A stretch of 64,000 nucleotides of DNA from Acidimicrobiales bacterium. GTDB lineage: Bacteria; Actinomycetota; Acidimicrobiia; Acidimicrobiales; SZUA-35. The position numbers and the translations under genes are program-made. The notes beneath the pieces are model-generated. The model was not told where the DNA came from. It searched no databases and saw only the letters and a list, made by a program, of their open reading frames with translations. Shown piece by piece: positions 32,201 to 42,756 of the stretch. Every line of letters begins with the position of its first letter. Position 1 is the stretch's first letter. The stretch spans positions 262,938 to 326,937 of the forward strand of contig CBDHHN010000002.1 in assembly GCA_965263455.1 (NCBI GenBank), written 5' to 3'.

Positions 32201-33686
32201 TCACGTGACCAGGTCGACCACGGCGTCGCCCTCCACCGGGCGGCCGAGGGCGAAACCCTGACCCCAGGACAGGCTGGCGGCGGCGTCGCTTCTCGCCTCG
32301 GCGTCGGCGATGCCGACCCCGATGGGTCGGACCCCGGGTAGGGACTCGGACAGAGCCCGGCCCACGGCGGGCAGCGCGGGGCGGAGATGGGGCTCCATCC
32401 ACTGCCGTCCCAGCTTGTACCACGACAGGAGGTCGGGCTCGATCACCCCGGCCAGGGCGGCGCCGTCCCCATCGCCACCGTCGACGGCCACCCCCACCCC
32501 GCCCATCCGCAATCGGCGGACGAGCGTGGCGGGATCGACGTCCTCGGCCCAGGCCGAGGACGTCGCCCGACCGGAACCGGCGGCCGAGAGCCAGGCCGGC
32601 GTCGGGGCCAGCACCCGCTCCGGAAACTCGACGATCAACGACTCGACGGCGTCGAGGGCGGCCGCGTGCTCGGTCAACAGCGTGATCAAGTCGTCGACCG
32701 GCTGGTGCCAGCGGTCGACGTTGAGCGACACCGGGATGGGGCGACCGGTGGCGGCAGCCAGTGCACCGGCGGTGACGGCCACGGCCTCGGCCACCCGGGT
32801 GGTCAGGCGCTCGGCCAACCCGGCGGCGGCCACATCGGGCAGGAAGGCATCGGGGTGCAGCAGGCCGCGGACCGGATGGCGCCAGCGGACCAGTGCCTCG
32901 AAGGCCTCGATCCGACCCGGACTCGAGGTTGCGGATCGGTTGGTAGTGGAATTCCAGGTCGCCGTCGGAGAGGGCACGATGCACCTCCTGGATGGCATCC
33001 CATCGGGTGCGGACCCGGCCCCCACTGGCCGCCGCCCCACCGACGACCACACCGTCTCCGCCCGACCGGCGACAGGCCCGGGCCGCGCCCGCGGCCCGGC
33101 CCAACAGCTCGTCGAGCGACCGGCCGCCGTCGAAGTCGGGGGCCACCCCGATGCTGGCCGTGATCCGGGGCGCGGCGGCCTCGGAACCCGATCGGCCCCG
33201 CACGGCGAGCCGCAGGCGCTGGGCCAGACGTTCCAGGTCGCGGACGGTGAGCACCTCGGTGGCCAGGACGGCGTGGCCCCGGCCCTCCAGCGGGATCAGG
33301 CGGTCGCCGGCCCGCACGACCGCGGCCAGTCGGCCACCCAGCTCGTCGAGCAGTGTCCGACCGGCCTGGAAGCCGTGGGCCTCCTCCAAGGCGTGCAGGT
33401 GGTCGGGCAGGATCACCAGGACCCCTCGCCCGCCCCGGGCCCGGCCGGCCCCGTCGGCCCACCACGTCGCCGGATCGACCTCGTCGCCGACGGGGACCTC
33501 GGCGGCTCCGGGACCCACCCGGTCGGGGACCGGCGGATCCGATGCCGGGGTCTCGGGTCGGGTGCGGGCGCGCAACGATGCCGGAAGCCTCACCTGGTCC
33601 CATCGGCGGCCCGGCGGCCGAACTTGACCGGGCCCATGACGGCGGTGGCGGGACGATCCGCCCACGGGCCGACGCGCTCGGCCCAC
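32201..33686 (-). pseudogene. GGDEF-EAL domain protein with a 1-nt frame break near 32915; both catalytic motifs look degenerate.
   Basis: The upstream frame (part of ORF 31551..33686) reads ...VLVILPDHLHALEEAHGFQAGRTLLDELGGRLA...IPLEGRGHAV...LEFHYQPIRNLESG and then becomes nonsense. The frame of ORF 32201..33052 continues exactly where expected with RIEAFEALVRWRHP...SLNVD...GQGFALGRP. Confidence 0.7.
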
Positions 33687-33729
33687 CCGGCGATCGGGGT
33701 GACCGGTCGGCGCCGTCCGCCCGCCGGCC

Positions 33730-33936
33730 TCAGGTCACGGGTGCGACCTGGAGCGCCTCCCAGCGCCCCGGCCCACCGGCACCGACCAGGAACCCGACCC
33801 GTCGGCCGACGTCGATCACCCGGCTGCCGTCGACGATGGCGGTGCAGTGGAAGGCGAACCGATCGCCGTTCTCGGCCGCCACCTCGCCCAGTCCCGCCTC
33901 GGCGTCGAACGCGGTAACGGTGCCCACCCGGAGCAC
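33730..33936 (-). CDS. Small cold-shock-domain-like (OB-fold) protein.
   Basis: It is 68 aa. GTVTAFDAEAGLGEVAAENGDRFAFHCTAI parallels the CspA pattern GTVKWFNxxKGFGFIxxxxGxDVFVHxSAI, but the aromatic RNP residues are replaced. Confidence 0.6.
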   Translation of the reverse strand: MLRVGTVTAFDAEAGLGEVAAENGDRFAFHCTAIVDGSRVIDVGRRVGFLVGAGGPGRWEALQVAPVT

Positions 33937-33946
33937 GGCCCGGCCC

Positions 33947-35263
33947 CTACTGCTGCTGGGCCGCGGCGTCGCCGTCGCGGCCCTCGTCGCCGAGATCGAG
34001 AAGATGGCCCATGCGCTCCTGTTTGGTCCGCAGGTAGGCGATGTTCTGCTCGGTCGGCACGGTCTGGAGCGAGTGGCGGCCCGTGATCTCCAGGCCGTAG
34101 CCGTCGAGCCCCCCGTACTTGGCCGGGTTGTTGGTCATCAGCTCCATCGTGGTGACCCCGAGGTCGACCAGGATCTGGGCCCCGATGCCGTACTCCCGGC
34201 TGTCGGCCGGCAGCCCCTGGGCCAGGTTGGCCTCGACGGTGTCGGCCCCCCGCTCCTGGAGGTCGTAGGCCCGGATCTTGTGGCCCAGGCCGATGCCCCG
34301 GCCCTCGTGGCCCCGGAGGTAGACCAGGACCCCGGAACCGGCCTCGGCGATGTGGGCCAGGGCCAGGTCGAGCTGGGGGCCGCAGTCGCAGCGAAGCGAA
34401 CCGAAGATGTCGCCGGTGAGGCACTCGGAGTGGACCCGGACCAGCACGTCGTCGGCTCCGTCGACGTCCCCGAGGACGAAGGCCACATGCTGTTGTCCGT
34501 CGAGGACCGACTCGTAGACCACGGCCCGGAAATCGCCGTGGCGGGTGGGGATGGTGGCCTCCGAGAACCGGGTGACCAGCTTCTCGGTCCGGCGCCGGTA
34601 GCGGATCAGGTCGGCGATCGAGGTGAAGGCCAGGCCGTGGCGCCGGGCGAAGGGGATCAGGTCGGGGACCCGGGCCATCGTGCCGTCGTCGTTGACGATC
34701 TCGCACAGCACACCGCCGTGGCGAAGGCCGGCCAGCCGGGCCAGGTCGACGGCCGCCTCGGTGTGACCGGCCCGCTTGAGCACACCACCGTCCCGGGCCC
34801 GCAGGGGGAAGATGTGACCGGGCCGGGCGAAGTCGGCCGAGCTGGTGGCCGGGTCCACCAGGGCCCGGAGGGTCAGGGCCCGGTCGGCGGCCGAGATCCC
34901 GGTGGTGGTGCCGTGCCGATAGTCGACCGAGACCGTGAAGGCGGTGCGCATGGCCTCGGTGTTCATCGCCACCATGAGCGACAAGTCCAGCTGGTCGGCC
35001 CGCTCCTCGGGCACCGAGGCGCAGATGACACCCGAGGTGTGGCGGACGAAGAACGCCAGCTTCTCCTCGGTGGCGAACTCGGCCGCCATGATCAGGTCGC
35101 CCTCGTTCTCCCGGTCCTCGTCGTCGACCACGACCACGATCTCACCCCGCCCGATGGCGGCGATGGCGTCCTCGACCGGATCGAACGGGCTGGCGGCCGA
35201 GCCGTCGCCGTCGCCGTCGCCGTCGGGATCCTCGGTGCGGTGGTCGCGGTCGGTCACGTTCAC
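33947..35263 (-). CDS. ribBA: Bifunctional 3,4-dihydroxy-2-butanone-4-phosphate synthase / GTP cyclohydrolase II.
   Basis: DHBP synthase blocks are present ([21 protein letters not shown]). The GCH-II part has [10 protein letters not shown]...CDCG and [12 protein letters not shown]. Confidence 0.95.
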   Translation of the reverse strand: MNVTDRDHRTEDPDGDGDGDGSAASPFDPVEDAIAAIGRGEIVVVVDDEDRENEGDLIMAAEFATEEKLAFFVRHTSGVICASVPEERADQLDLSLMVAMNTEAMRTAFTVSVDYRHGTTTGISAADRALTLRALVDPATSSADFARPGHIFPLRARDGGVLKRAGHTEAAVDLARLAGLRHGGVLCEIVNDDGTMARVPDLIPFARRHGLAFTSIADLIRYRRRTEKLVTRFSEATIPTRHGDFRAVVYESVLDGQQHVAFVLGDVDGADDVLVRVHSECLTGDIFGSLRCDCGPQLDLALAHIAEAGSGVLVYLRGHEGRGIGLGHKIRAYDLQERGADTVEANLAQGLPADSREYGIGAQILVDLGVTTMELMTNNPAKYGGLDGYGLEITGRHSLQTVPTEQNIAYLRTKQERMGHLLDLGDEGRDGDAAAQQQ

Positions 35264-35841
35264 TCCTGTTCCAGGTGCCCGGCCAGGAGGCGTTCGGCGT
35301 ACTTGGCCATGACATCGACTTCGATGTTGACCCGGTCGCCCGGGCCCTTGTGCCCGAGGGTGGTGACCTCGGCCGTGTGGGGGATCACGGCCACCGTGAA
35401 CCCGTCGGGGGCCGGGTCGACGACGGTGAGGCTGATGCCGTCGACGGTGACCGAGCCCTTCTCCACCAGGTATCGGTGCAGGTGGTCGTCGATCTTCACC
35501 TTCAGATCGGGCGCCGGGGCCACGATGACACCCACGGCGTCGACGTGACCCTGGACCAGGTGGCCGCCCAGTCGGTCCTGGAGCCGCACCGGCCGCTCCA
35601 GGTTGACGGGGTCGCCGACGGCCAGATCACCGAGCTGGGTCCGGGCGAAGGACTCGGCCGTGACGTCGGCTTCGAACCAACCCTGGCCGTCGTCCCAGCG
35701 GACCACCGTCAGGCAACAGCCGTTCACGGCGATGGAGGCGCCGAGGACGACGTCGTCGAGCACGGTGCGGCACTGGATCCGGAGCCGCTCACCCTCGAGG
35801 GCGGCGACCGAGCCGAGTTCTTCCACGATTCCGGTGAACAT
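35260..35841 (-). CDS. ribE: Riboflavin synthase (alpha chain).
   Basis: [10 protein letters not shown]..., with the internal duplication ([13 protein letters not shown] and [12 protein letters not shown]). Confidence 0.95.
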   Translation of the reverse strand: MFTGIVEELGSVAALEGERLRIQCRTVLDDVVLGASIAVNGCCLTVVRWDDGQGWFEADVTAESFARTQLGDLAVGDPVNLERPVRLQDRLGGHLVQGHVDAVGVIVAPAPDLKVKIDDHLHRYLVEKGSVTVDGISLTVVDPAPDGFTVAVIPHTAEVTTLGHKGPGDRVNIEVDVMAKYAERLLAGHLEQE

Positions 35842-36875
35842 CAGGACCTTCCTGTCGGTGGCGGTGGGGAGAGATCCAGGCGAAGATCGTCACCCAGCTT
35901 GACCGTCCGGTCAAGCTGGAGTCGGCGCAGATCGCCGATCGAGCCGGCGCCCGGACCGGATAGCACGGGGAGCCCGTCCTCGCCGCCCATGAGCGACGGC
36001 GACAGGTAGAACACGTAGCGGTCGACCAGGCCGGCCCGGTGAAAGGCCCCGGCCACACCGGCCCCGCCCTCGATCATGAGCTGGACGACGTCCTCGGCCC
36101 CCAGGGTGTCGAGGACGGAGGCGGGGTCGCCCTCCAGCTGGAGGCAGGGGTGGACGGCGGCCCCCTCGGGGGCCCGACCGAGGACGACCCGGAGCGGCTC
36201 GCGGGGTGGGAGGCCGTCGGAGGCCACGACCCCCCGGACCGTCAGTCGGGGGTCGTCGGCCCGAACCGTTCCCGCCCCGACGAGGATGGCGTCGGACTCG
36301 GCCCGCAACCGGTGGGCGTCGGCCCGGGCCTCGTCGCCCGTGATCCACTGGCTGGTGCCGTCGGCGGCCGCCGTCCGACCGTCGAGGGTGGCGGCGAGCT
36401 TCAGCACCACCCACGGCCGCCCGGTGCGACGGTGGTGGAGGTAGGGGGCCAACTGGTCCTCGACGTCGTCGGCCCCCGGGCCGACGACGACCTCGATACC
36501 GGCGGCCCGCAGCTGCTCCACCCCCCGACCGGCCACCCGCTCGTCCGGGTCGAGCACGCCGACCACCACCCTCCTGATACCGGCGTCGACCACGGCCTCG
36601 ACGCAGGGCCGGGTCCGACCGTGATGGGAACAGGGTTCGAGGGTGACGTAGAGGGTGGCGTCACGGGCGCCGGCACCGGCCCGGCCGAGGGCGTGGCGCT
36701 CGGCGTGAGCCTGGCCCGGTCGGCGGGTGGAGCCTTCCCAGCTCCGACCGTCGGGGGCCACCACCACGGCCCCGACCCACGGGTTGGGGGGCGAAAGGAT
36801 GCGGCTGTGGGCGGCGCGGGCAATGGCCCGGGCCATCAGGGCCGCGTCGTCGGGTGGGGTGTCGGGCTCGATCAT
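35841..36875 (-). CDS. ribD: Bifunctional diaminohydroxyphosphoribosylaminopyrimidine deaminase / 5-amino-6-(5-phosphoribosylamino)uracil reductase.
   Basis: It has a CDA-type zinc motif (HAERHAL...TLEPCSHHGRTRPC) and a C-terminal reductase domain (LKLAATLDG). Confidence 0.92.
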   Translation of the reverse strand: MIEPDTPPDDAALMARAIARAAHSRILSPPNPWVGAVVVAPDGRSWEGSTRRPGQAHAERHALGRAGAGARDATLYVTLEPCSHHGRTRPCVEAVVDAGIRRVVVGVLDPDERVAGRGVEQLRAAGIEVVVGPGADDVEDQLAPYLHHRRTGRPWVVLKLAATLDGRTAAADGTSQWITGDEARADAHRLRAESDAILVGAGTVRADDPRLTVRGVVASDGLPPREPLRVVLGRAPEGAAVHPCLQLEGDPASVLDTLGAEDVVQLMIEGGAGVAGAFHRAGLVDRYVFYLSPSLMGGEDGLPVLSGPGAGSIGDLRRLQLDRTVKLGDDLRLDLSPPPPTGRS

Positions 36876-36896
36876 GGAGCAACCGGGGCCGGGCCC

Positions 36897-37397
36897 TCAG
36901 TGGGGCCGACCCCCGGCCATGAGGTCGACGGCATGGGGCAGGACGTCGAGCACGGACTCGACGGTTTCGACCGTTCCCTTGGTCGACCCGGGGGTGTTGA
37001 GGATGAGGGCGGTGCCCCGGGTTCCGGCCACGGCCCGGCTGAGACGCCCCAGCCCGGCCGGGTTGCAGGTGCGCATGACCTCGGCCAGGCCCGGCGCCTC
37101 CCGTTCCAGCACCCGACGGGTGCCCTCGGGGGTCAGGTCGCGGGGGCCGAACCCGGTTCCCCCGGTGGTCACGATCAGGCCGGTGAAGCCCTCGGACGCT
37201 GCGGTCAGGGCATCGGCCACCGAGTCGATGCCGTCGGCGATCCGTTGGCGCTCGATCACCTCCCACCCCGCCTCGGTCAACCGGGCCGCCAACGCGTCAC
37301 CGGATCGATCCTCCCTGGTGCCGGCCACGACCCCGTCGGACACGGTGATCACCTTGGCCTGCTTGACGAGGTAGTCGGGGAATGGGTTCTCGCTCAC
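36897..37397 (-). CDS. MogA/MoaB family molybdenum cofactor biosynthesis protein.
   Basis: The sequence has KVITVSDG...REDRSGDAL...IVTTGGTGFGPRDLTPEG...ILNTPGSTKG. Confidence 0.85.
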   Translation of the reverse strand: MSENPFPDYLVKQAKVITVSDGVVAGTREDRSGDALAARLTEAGWEVIERQRIADGIDSVADALTAASEGFTGLIVTTGGTGFGPRDLTPEGTRRVLEREAPGLAEVMRTCNPAGLGRLSRAVAGTRGTALILNTPGSTKGTVETVESVLDVLPHAVDLMAGGRPH

Positions 37398-37445
37398 GGC
37401 CCCAAGTGTGCCCGCTGGGCCCGGTCCACCCGTGCATCGGGTGGA

Positions 37446-38714
37446 TCAGGCGACCGGGTCGGGTCCCATCCGCACGAACAGACCGGATCGGACCTTGGGC
37501 ACGAAGTACGTCGACTTGGGGGGCATCGTCCGCCCGGCATCGGCCGCCGCCATGAGCACGCCCAGCGGCACCGGCCGCATGAGGAACACGGCCTGGGTCG
37601 GCTCGGGTTCGAGGGCGGCGACGGCGGCCCAGTCGGCGGCTCCGGGGCGGTAGCCGAGGCGACCGTCGGGGTCCGACTCGTCGATGCCGAGCAGGGGACC
37701 CAGGACCCGGTCGGCAAACCGGAGAGGGTCGATGTCGGCCAGGCCGGCACCGTCGGCCGTCTCGAACGGGACCCGGAACACCAGCCATGCCGGCCTCCGG
37801 CCGAGCCTGACCGCCAGCTCGTCGGGGCGCCGGTCGACCACGGCCGCCGGGTTCGCCTCCTCCCGGGTCGGGAAGGCGGCCGACAGGCGGGCGGCCAGGT
37901 CGTCGGCGTCGACCCCGGTCACCACCCGGTGGAAGGCCTGATTGCGCATCTCGGCCACCGGGAACACGGCGGCCAGCATCAGCGACGCGGCCCCCCCGCC
38001 GCCGGCGGCACCGGCGGCCGTCCCCGACCCCCCGGCGGCCCGGACCAGGGAGGCGGCGGCCGCCCGGTGATGGCCGTCGATGAGATAGAGCGGTGCGGCG
38101 GCGGCCTCGGCTCGGATCCCGTCCACCGCCTCGACCGGCACGGGCCACAGCCGTTGGCGCAGGCCCTCGCCGTCGGTGAAGTCGAGCAGGGCGGGCCCGG
38201 CGGTGGCGGACTCGATGGCGGCCGACATCGACCCCAGCCCGTCCTGGGCCAACACGATGGGGCTGGACTGGGCCCCCACCGTCTCCAGGTGACGGGCCAG
38301 TTGGCGGGCCCGCTCCGGGTTGATCCCCTCGTGGATGCGGACCACGCCGTCGTCGTAGTCGGCGGTGGCCACCCCGCAGACCAGTCCGGTCTGGCGGTGC
38401 CCGTCCTGCTCCAGGCGGTAGGCCAGGAAACCGGGGTCGGACGGCGGCCCGAACACGCCGTCGGCCAGGAGCCGGTCCAGGTGACGGCGACCGGCCTCGA
38501 CCGCGGCTTCGCCGGCGTCCTCCCGTCCCGTCGCCCGGGCCTCCGAGTCCTCCAGGTCTTCGGGGGCCCGAGTCACCCCGAGGTAGGACCGGGGGTGGGC
38601 CGCCAGATGGCGACGGCGGTCCTCGACCGTAAGGGCGTCGTGGGGCGGCGACGGAACCTCACCGGTCAGCTCGGGCCGGAGAAGACGGAGGGAGACGGGA
38701 TCGAGCCGGGCCAT
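37446..38714 (-). CDS. DUF1015 family protein.
   Basis: From the ATG at 38714 (3 nt after the serC stop) the sequence has ...VRIHEGINPER...SPIVL...LIDGHHRAAAA...MPPKSTYFVPKVRSGL. It lies next to serC, as is common for this family. Confidence 0.8.
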   Translation of the reverse strand: MARLDPVSLRLLRPELTGEVPSPPHDALTVEDRRRHLAAHPRSYLGVTRAPEDLEDSEARATGREDAGEAAVEAGRRHLDRLLADGVFGPPSDPGFLAYRLEQDGHRQTGLVCGVATADYDDGVVRIHEGINPERARQLARHLETVGAQSSPIVLAQDGLGSMSAAIESATAGPALLDFTDGEGLRQRLWPVPVEAVDGIRAEAAAAPLYLIDGHHRAAAASLVRAAGGSGTAAGAAGGGGAASLMLAAVFPVAEMRNQAFHRVVTGVDADDLAARLSAAFPTREEANPAAVVDRRPDELAVRLGRRPAWLVFRVPFETADGAGLADIDPLRFADRVLGPLLGIDESDPDGRLGYRPGAADWAAVAALEPEPTQAVFLMRPVPLGVLMAAADAGRTMPPKSTYFVPKVRSGLFVRMGPDPVA

Positions 38715-38716
38715 CC

Positions 38717-39802
38717 TCAGCCGTTCGCGGCCATGAACCCGGTCATGAACTCGGCCAGGGCGGTGACCGACTCGGTCGGGAGACCGTTGTAGATGCTGGC
38801 CCGGATACCCCCGACCGATCGATGGCCCTTGAGATTGACCAGGCGTCGCTCCTCGGCCTCGGCCAGGAAGCGGGCCTCGCGGTCGTCGCCGTCGATGCGG
38901 AACACCACGTTGGTCAGGGACCGATCGCCCACCGCCACCGGGCTGCGATAGAAGCCGTCGCTGCGATCGATCACGTCGTAGATGAGGGCCGACCGCTCCG
39001 CCGCCCGCTTCTCCATCCCGGCCAGGCCGCCGTTCTCGCCGATCCAGCGCAGCATCTTCCCCATGGCCCAGATGGCGAACACCGGCGGGGTGTTGGCCAG
39101 GCTGTCGGAGGTGGCGTGGGTGTCGAACCGGAGGTACGAGGGCACCGACGCCGGGGTCTCCTCCAGCACCGATCGGCGAACGAAGACCACGGCCAGCCCG
39201 GCCGGACCCAGGCTCTTCTGGGCGCCGCCGTAGACCACGTCGACCCGGTCCCACGGCACGGGGCGGGTCAGGTACTCCGAGGACATGTCCACCACCTGGC
39301 GCACGTCGACGTCGTGGAACGAGGACAGCCGGATGCCTCCGATGGTCTCGTTGGAGGTCACGTGCAGGTACCGGGCGCCGTCCCGCAGTTCGAGTTCGTC
39401 GGCGGTCGGCATACGGGTGAACCCGTCGTCCGACCCGTCCCAGGCGGCGTAGGCGCCGGCGCTGATACGTCGGGCGTCGGCCAGCGCCTTGGAGGCCCAG
39501 CTCCCGCTGACCACGTAGCCTCCGACCCCGTCGCCGCCCAGCAGGTTCAAGGGCACCATCCCGAACTGGAGGGTGGCGCCTCCCTGGAGGAGCAGGACGT
39601 CGAACTCGTCGGGCACCAGGAACAGTTCGCGGAGCAGGGCCAGGGTCTCCTGATGGATCCGGTCGTAGATCGGGTCCCGGTGACTCATCTCGATCAGGGA
39701 CATGCCCGATCCCTCGAAGTCCGGGAGCTCGGCTCCGAGCTCGTCCACCACCGATCGGGGTAGGACGCAGGGGCCGGGGGCGAAGTTGTGGGCTCGTTCC
39801 AT
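38717..39802 (-). CDS. serC: Phosphoserine aminotransferase.
   Basis: The sequence has NFAPGPCVLP...LLLQGGATLQF...GAQKSLGPAGL...RSVGGIRASIYN. Confidence 0.92.
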   Translation of the reverse strand: MERAHNFAPGPCVLPRSVVDELGAELPDFEGSGMSLIEMSHRDPIYDRIHQETLALLRELFLVPDEFDVLLLQGGATLQFGMVPLNLLGGDGVGGYVVSGSWASKALADARRISAGAYAAWDGSDDGFTRMPTADELELRDGARYLHVTSNETIGGIRLSSFHDVDVRQVVDMSSEYLTRPVPWDRVDVVYGGAQKSLGPAGLAVVFVRRSVLEETPASVPSYLRFDTHATSDSLANTPPVFAIWAMGKMLRWIGENGGLAGMEKRAAERSALIYDVIDRSDGFYRSPVAVGDRSLTNVVFRIDGDDREARFLAEAEERRLVNLKGHRSVGGIRASIYNGLPTESVTALAEFMTGFMAANG

Positions 39803-39921
39803 GATGGCTTCTCCTCACGGGGGGGTCGGGAGAGGACGACGTTGACTACCCTTCGATGGTGCCCAGAGCGGCGGCGATCTCCTCCGGAGACGAGGGCCTG
39901 ATCTTCCCGGCTCGGCGCCGG

Positions 39922-41208
39922 TCAGTGGTGCCGGCGGAGCCGGAAGAGCCGCATGCCGTCGGTGTCGTCGGGCAACAACTCGGCCACCTGACCCCGGGAC
40001 CGCCACGGCCCGCCCGGCGGGGCCAGGATCTCGAAGTCCCCCGCAACGTCCTCGGGAGACTCCTCGGCCAAGACCCCGACGCCGGTCACGGCGGCCAAGA
40101 CATCGTGCGATTCGGCGTCGGTCAGGGTGCAGACGCTGTAGGTGAGCACGCCTCCGGGCGCGAGCAGGCTCAGGCCGGCCCGGACCAGGTCGACCTGGAG
40201 CCGCCGGAGCCGTTCGGGGGCCTCGGCATCGATGCGCCACCGGGCGTCCGGTCGCCGCCGCAGGCTGCCGAGCCCGGAGCAGGGGGCGTCGATCAGTACC
40301 CGGTCGGCCGAGCCCGGTCGTAGGGCCGGGGCGGTGCCGTCGGCCACCAGCAGCGGCAGGCGGCGACCGAGGCGGGCCACGTTCCCGGCCGTGAGGCGGA
40401 CCCGGCCCGGACGACGGTCGGCGGCGATCACGGTGGCCCCGGTGGCGGCCAGGCCCGTGGCCTTGCCCCCGGGGGCGGCGCACAGGTCGACGACGGTGTG
40501 GTCGGGCTCGGCCCCCACCACCTCGACCACCAGCTGGGAGGCCGGGTCCTGGACGTAGCCGTCGTCCCTGACCGCGGTGGTGGCGGGCCGGTTCATGGCC
40601 TCCAGGGCCCCGGTGGCATCGTCGGGTCCGAGGTCGATGGTCAGCCGATCGACGATCCAGTCGGGATAGCTGAGGCGGGTGGCCGGGTCCGGATAGTCGA
40701 CCGGTGCGTCGGCCACCCGGCGGAGCACGGCGTTGATCAGGCCCCGGGCCCGACCTCCGGCGGCCCCTACCGTGGCGCTGACGGCGGCGTGGGCCGGGGT
40801 GTCGAGCAGGGCGAGCTGGTAGGCGCCGAGGCGGAGCGCGGCCCGGACCCGGGGTTCGACGTCCGACAGCAGGAACCGGTCGACCAGGTGGTCGCAGGCC
40901 CGCCGCATGCGGGTCGTCCCGTAGACCAACTCGGTGGCGAACCCCCGGTCGGCCGGGCCCAGGTCCGAGCGGTCGAGCAGATCGGGCAGGACCAGGTTGG
41001 CGTAGGCCCCGTCCTGTTCGATACGGATCAGGGCGTCGATGGCCAGGCGCCGGGCCGCCACCCCGGGGTCGCGGGATCCGGCCGGAGCCGCCGGTCGGCG
41101 GCCACCCCGCCGGTTCCCCCCGGCCGAGCCGCCGGACCCGGACGACCGTCTGGATCCGGACGAGCGACCGGACCGGGGCCGGCCCCGGCCGGTGCCCCCG
41201 TCAGCCAA
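39922..41208 (-). CDS. rsmB: 16S rRNA (cytosine-C5)-methyltransferase RsmB/Fmu, with an RG/S-rich N-terminal tail.
   Basis: It has a NusB-like N-domain and a SAM methyltransferase domain (DLCAAPGGKAT, DAPCSGLG, TYSVCTL). It lies downstream of fmt. Confidence 0.88.
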   Translation of the reverse strand: MADGGTGRGRPRSGRSSGSRRSSGSGGSAGGNRRGGRRPAAPAGSRDPGVAARRLAIDALIRIEQDGAYANLVLPDLLDRSDLGPADRGFATELVYGTTRMRRACDHLVDRFLLSDVEPRVRAALRLGAYQLALLDTPAHAAVSATVGAAGGRARGLINAVLRRVADAPVDYPDPATRLSYPDWIVDRLTIDLGPDDATGALEAMNRPATTAVRDDGYVQDPASQLVVEVVGAEPDHTVVDLCAAPGGKATGLAATGATVIAADRRPGRVRLTAGNVARLGRRLPLLVADGTAPALRPGSADRVLIDAPCSGLGSLRRRPDARWRIDAEAPERLRRLQVDLVRAGLSLLAPGGVLTYSVCTLTDAESHDVLAAVTGVGVLAEESPEDVAGDFEILAPPGGPWRSRGQVAELLPDDTDGMRLFRLRRHH

Positions 41209-42124
41209 GGCGATCGTCGGCCGTGGGCCGGACCCCGTTGATCCAGTCGGTGGCGGCCATGGGCTTGCGGCCCTCGGGTTGGACCGTGATCAGATGCAGC
41301 CCGCCGTCTCCGGTGGCGACCACGGTGCCGTCGAGGGCCCCCGGGGCCAGGGCGGACGGGTCCGGGGCCTCGCCGGGCGCGGCGGCCAGGACCTTGAGTC
41401 GCTTGCCTCGGAACCGGGTCCAGGCCCGGCCCAGCAGCACCACCCGGGCCAACTCCGCGGCCGGTCGGGTCAGGTCCAGCTCCAACTCGCCGGCCGTCAC
41501 CTTGGCCGCGTAGGTAGGCTCGCCCTCCTGGGGCAGCGGAGGTTGGAGCCCTCGTCGGAGCTCGGCCACCAGGAGGTCGGTGCCCTCGGCCACCAGCAGG
41601 CGGCGGAGCCCGTCCAGGTCGACACCGGGCTCGATCGGGACCTCCCGACGGGCGTAGACGGCGCCGGTGTCCAGCCCCTCGGCCACCTCCATCAGGCACA
41701 CGCCGGTCACATCGTCGCCGGCCAGCAGGGCCCGTTCGACCGGGGCCGCTCCCCGCCACCGGGGCAGGAGGGAGAAGTGGATGTTGACCATGGCCAGCCG
41801 GACCAGCACGTCGAGGGGGATGATGCGCCCGTAGGCCACCACCACGCCGAGGTCGGCCCCCACCTCGGCGGCCTGGGCCAGATCGTGGCCGACCGGAAGG
41901 CCCAGTTCGAGGGCCGCCGCCTTCACCGGCGACGGGCTGGTGGCGGTGCCCCTACCCCGCCGCTTGTCGATCCGGGTGATGACGAGGGGGATCTCGAAGC
42001 CGGCCCGGTGCAGGGCCCGAAGCGGCGGCACCGCCATCTCCGGGGTGCCCAGGTAGACCAGGCGCCGGGGATGGGTGGGAGCGGAGGCCGGGGCGGGTCC
42101 GTCCCCGACCGGGGCCCCGGTCAC
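41201..42124 (-). CDS. fmt: Methionyl-tRNA formyltransferase.
   Basis: The sequence has LVYLGTPEMAVPPL...NIHFSLLPRWRGAAPV.... The GTG start overlaps the def stop (GTGA). Confidence 0.92.
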   Translation of the reverse strand: MTGAPVGDGPAPASAPTHPRRLVYLGTPEMAVPPLRALHRAGFEIPLVITRIDKRRGRGTATSPSPVKAAALELGLPVGHDLAQAAEVGADLGVVVAYGRIIPLDVLVRLAMVNIHFSLLPRWRGAAPVERALLAGDDVTGVCLMEVAEGLDTGAVYARREVPIEPGVDLDGLRRLLVAEGTDLLVAELRRGLQPPLPQEGEPTYAAKVTAGELELDLTRPAAELARVVLLGRAWTRFRGKRLKVLAAAPGEAPDPSALAPGALDGTVVATGDGGLHLITVQPEGRKPMAATDWINGVRPTADDRLG

Positions 42125-42669
42125 GGCAGAACGAGCCCGCCCGAGGTCCGGGCCGACTTCGGGGCCGGCTCGGGCTCAGGGTCGACGAACAGCTCCCGTA
42201 CGGTCTTCATGGCCTGCTTCCGGGTGTCGGGATCGAGCCGGTCGACGAGCATGATGCCGTCCAGGTGGTCGAGCTCGTGCTGGAACAGCCGCGACAGCAG
42301 CTCGTCGGCCTCCAGCGAGACCTCGTTGCCATCGAGGTCGTAGCCGGTGACGTGGATCTCCTTGGGCCGCACGATGTCCCACGACAGACCGGGCACCGAC
42401 AGGCAGCCCTCCTCATAGACCCATTCGTCGCGGGACTCGTGGATCACCGGGTTGACGATGGCGGCGGGGCCATCGCCCACGTCGTAGACGAAGAAACGTC
42501 GGGCCACACCGACCTGGGGGGCGGCGAGACCGATCCCGGGCTCGGCGTACATGGTCTCGAGCATCTCGTCGGCCAGCTGGACCAGCTTGCCGTCGATGTC
42601 GCTGACCTCCTCGGCCACCTTGCGCAATACCGGATCGCCGAAGATCCGAACCTGGTGGGGACTACTCAC
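42121..42669 (-). CDS. def: Peptide deformylase.
   Basis: All three PDF motifs are present: GIGLAAPQ, EGCLSVPG and HELDHL. Confidence 0.95.
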   Translation of the reverse strand: MSSPHQVRIFGDPVLRKVAEEVSDIDGKLVQLADEMLETMYAEPGIGLAAPQVGVARRFFVYDVGDGPAAIVNPVIHESRDEWVYEEGCLSVPGLSWDIVRPKEIHVTGYDLDGNEVSLEADELLSRLFQHELDHLDGIMLVDRLDPDTRKQAMKTVRELFVDPEPEPAPKSARTSGGLVLP

Positions 42670-42756
42670 CCTTACAGCCTAGATCGCCACCGACGGCGTT
42701 CCCCTGGTCGGGCGACACCCGACGTTCACCGAGCCGTCGCCAGTACCGTTTGCCCG

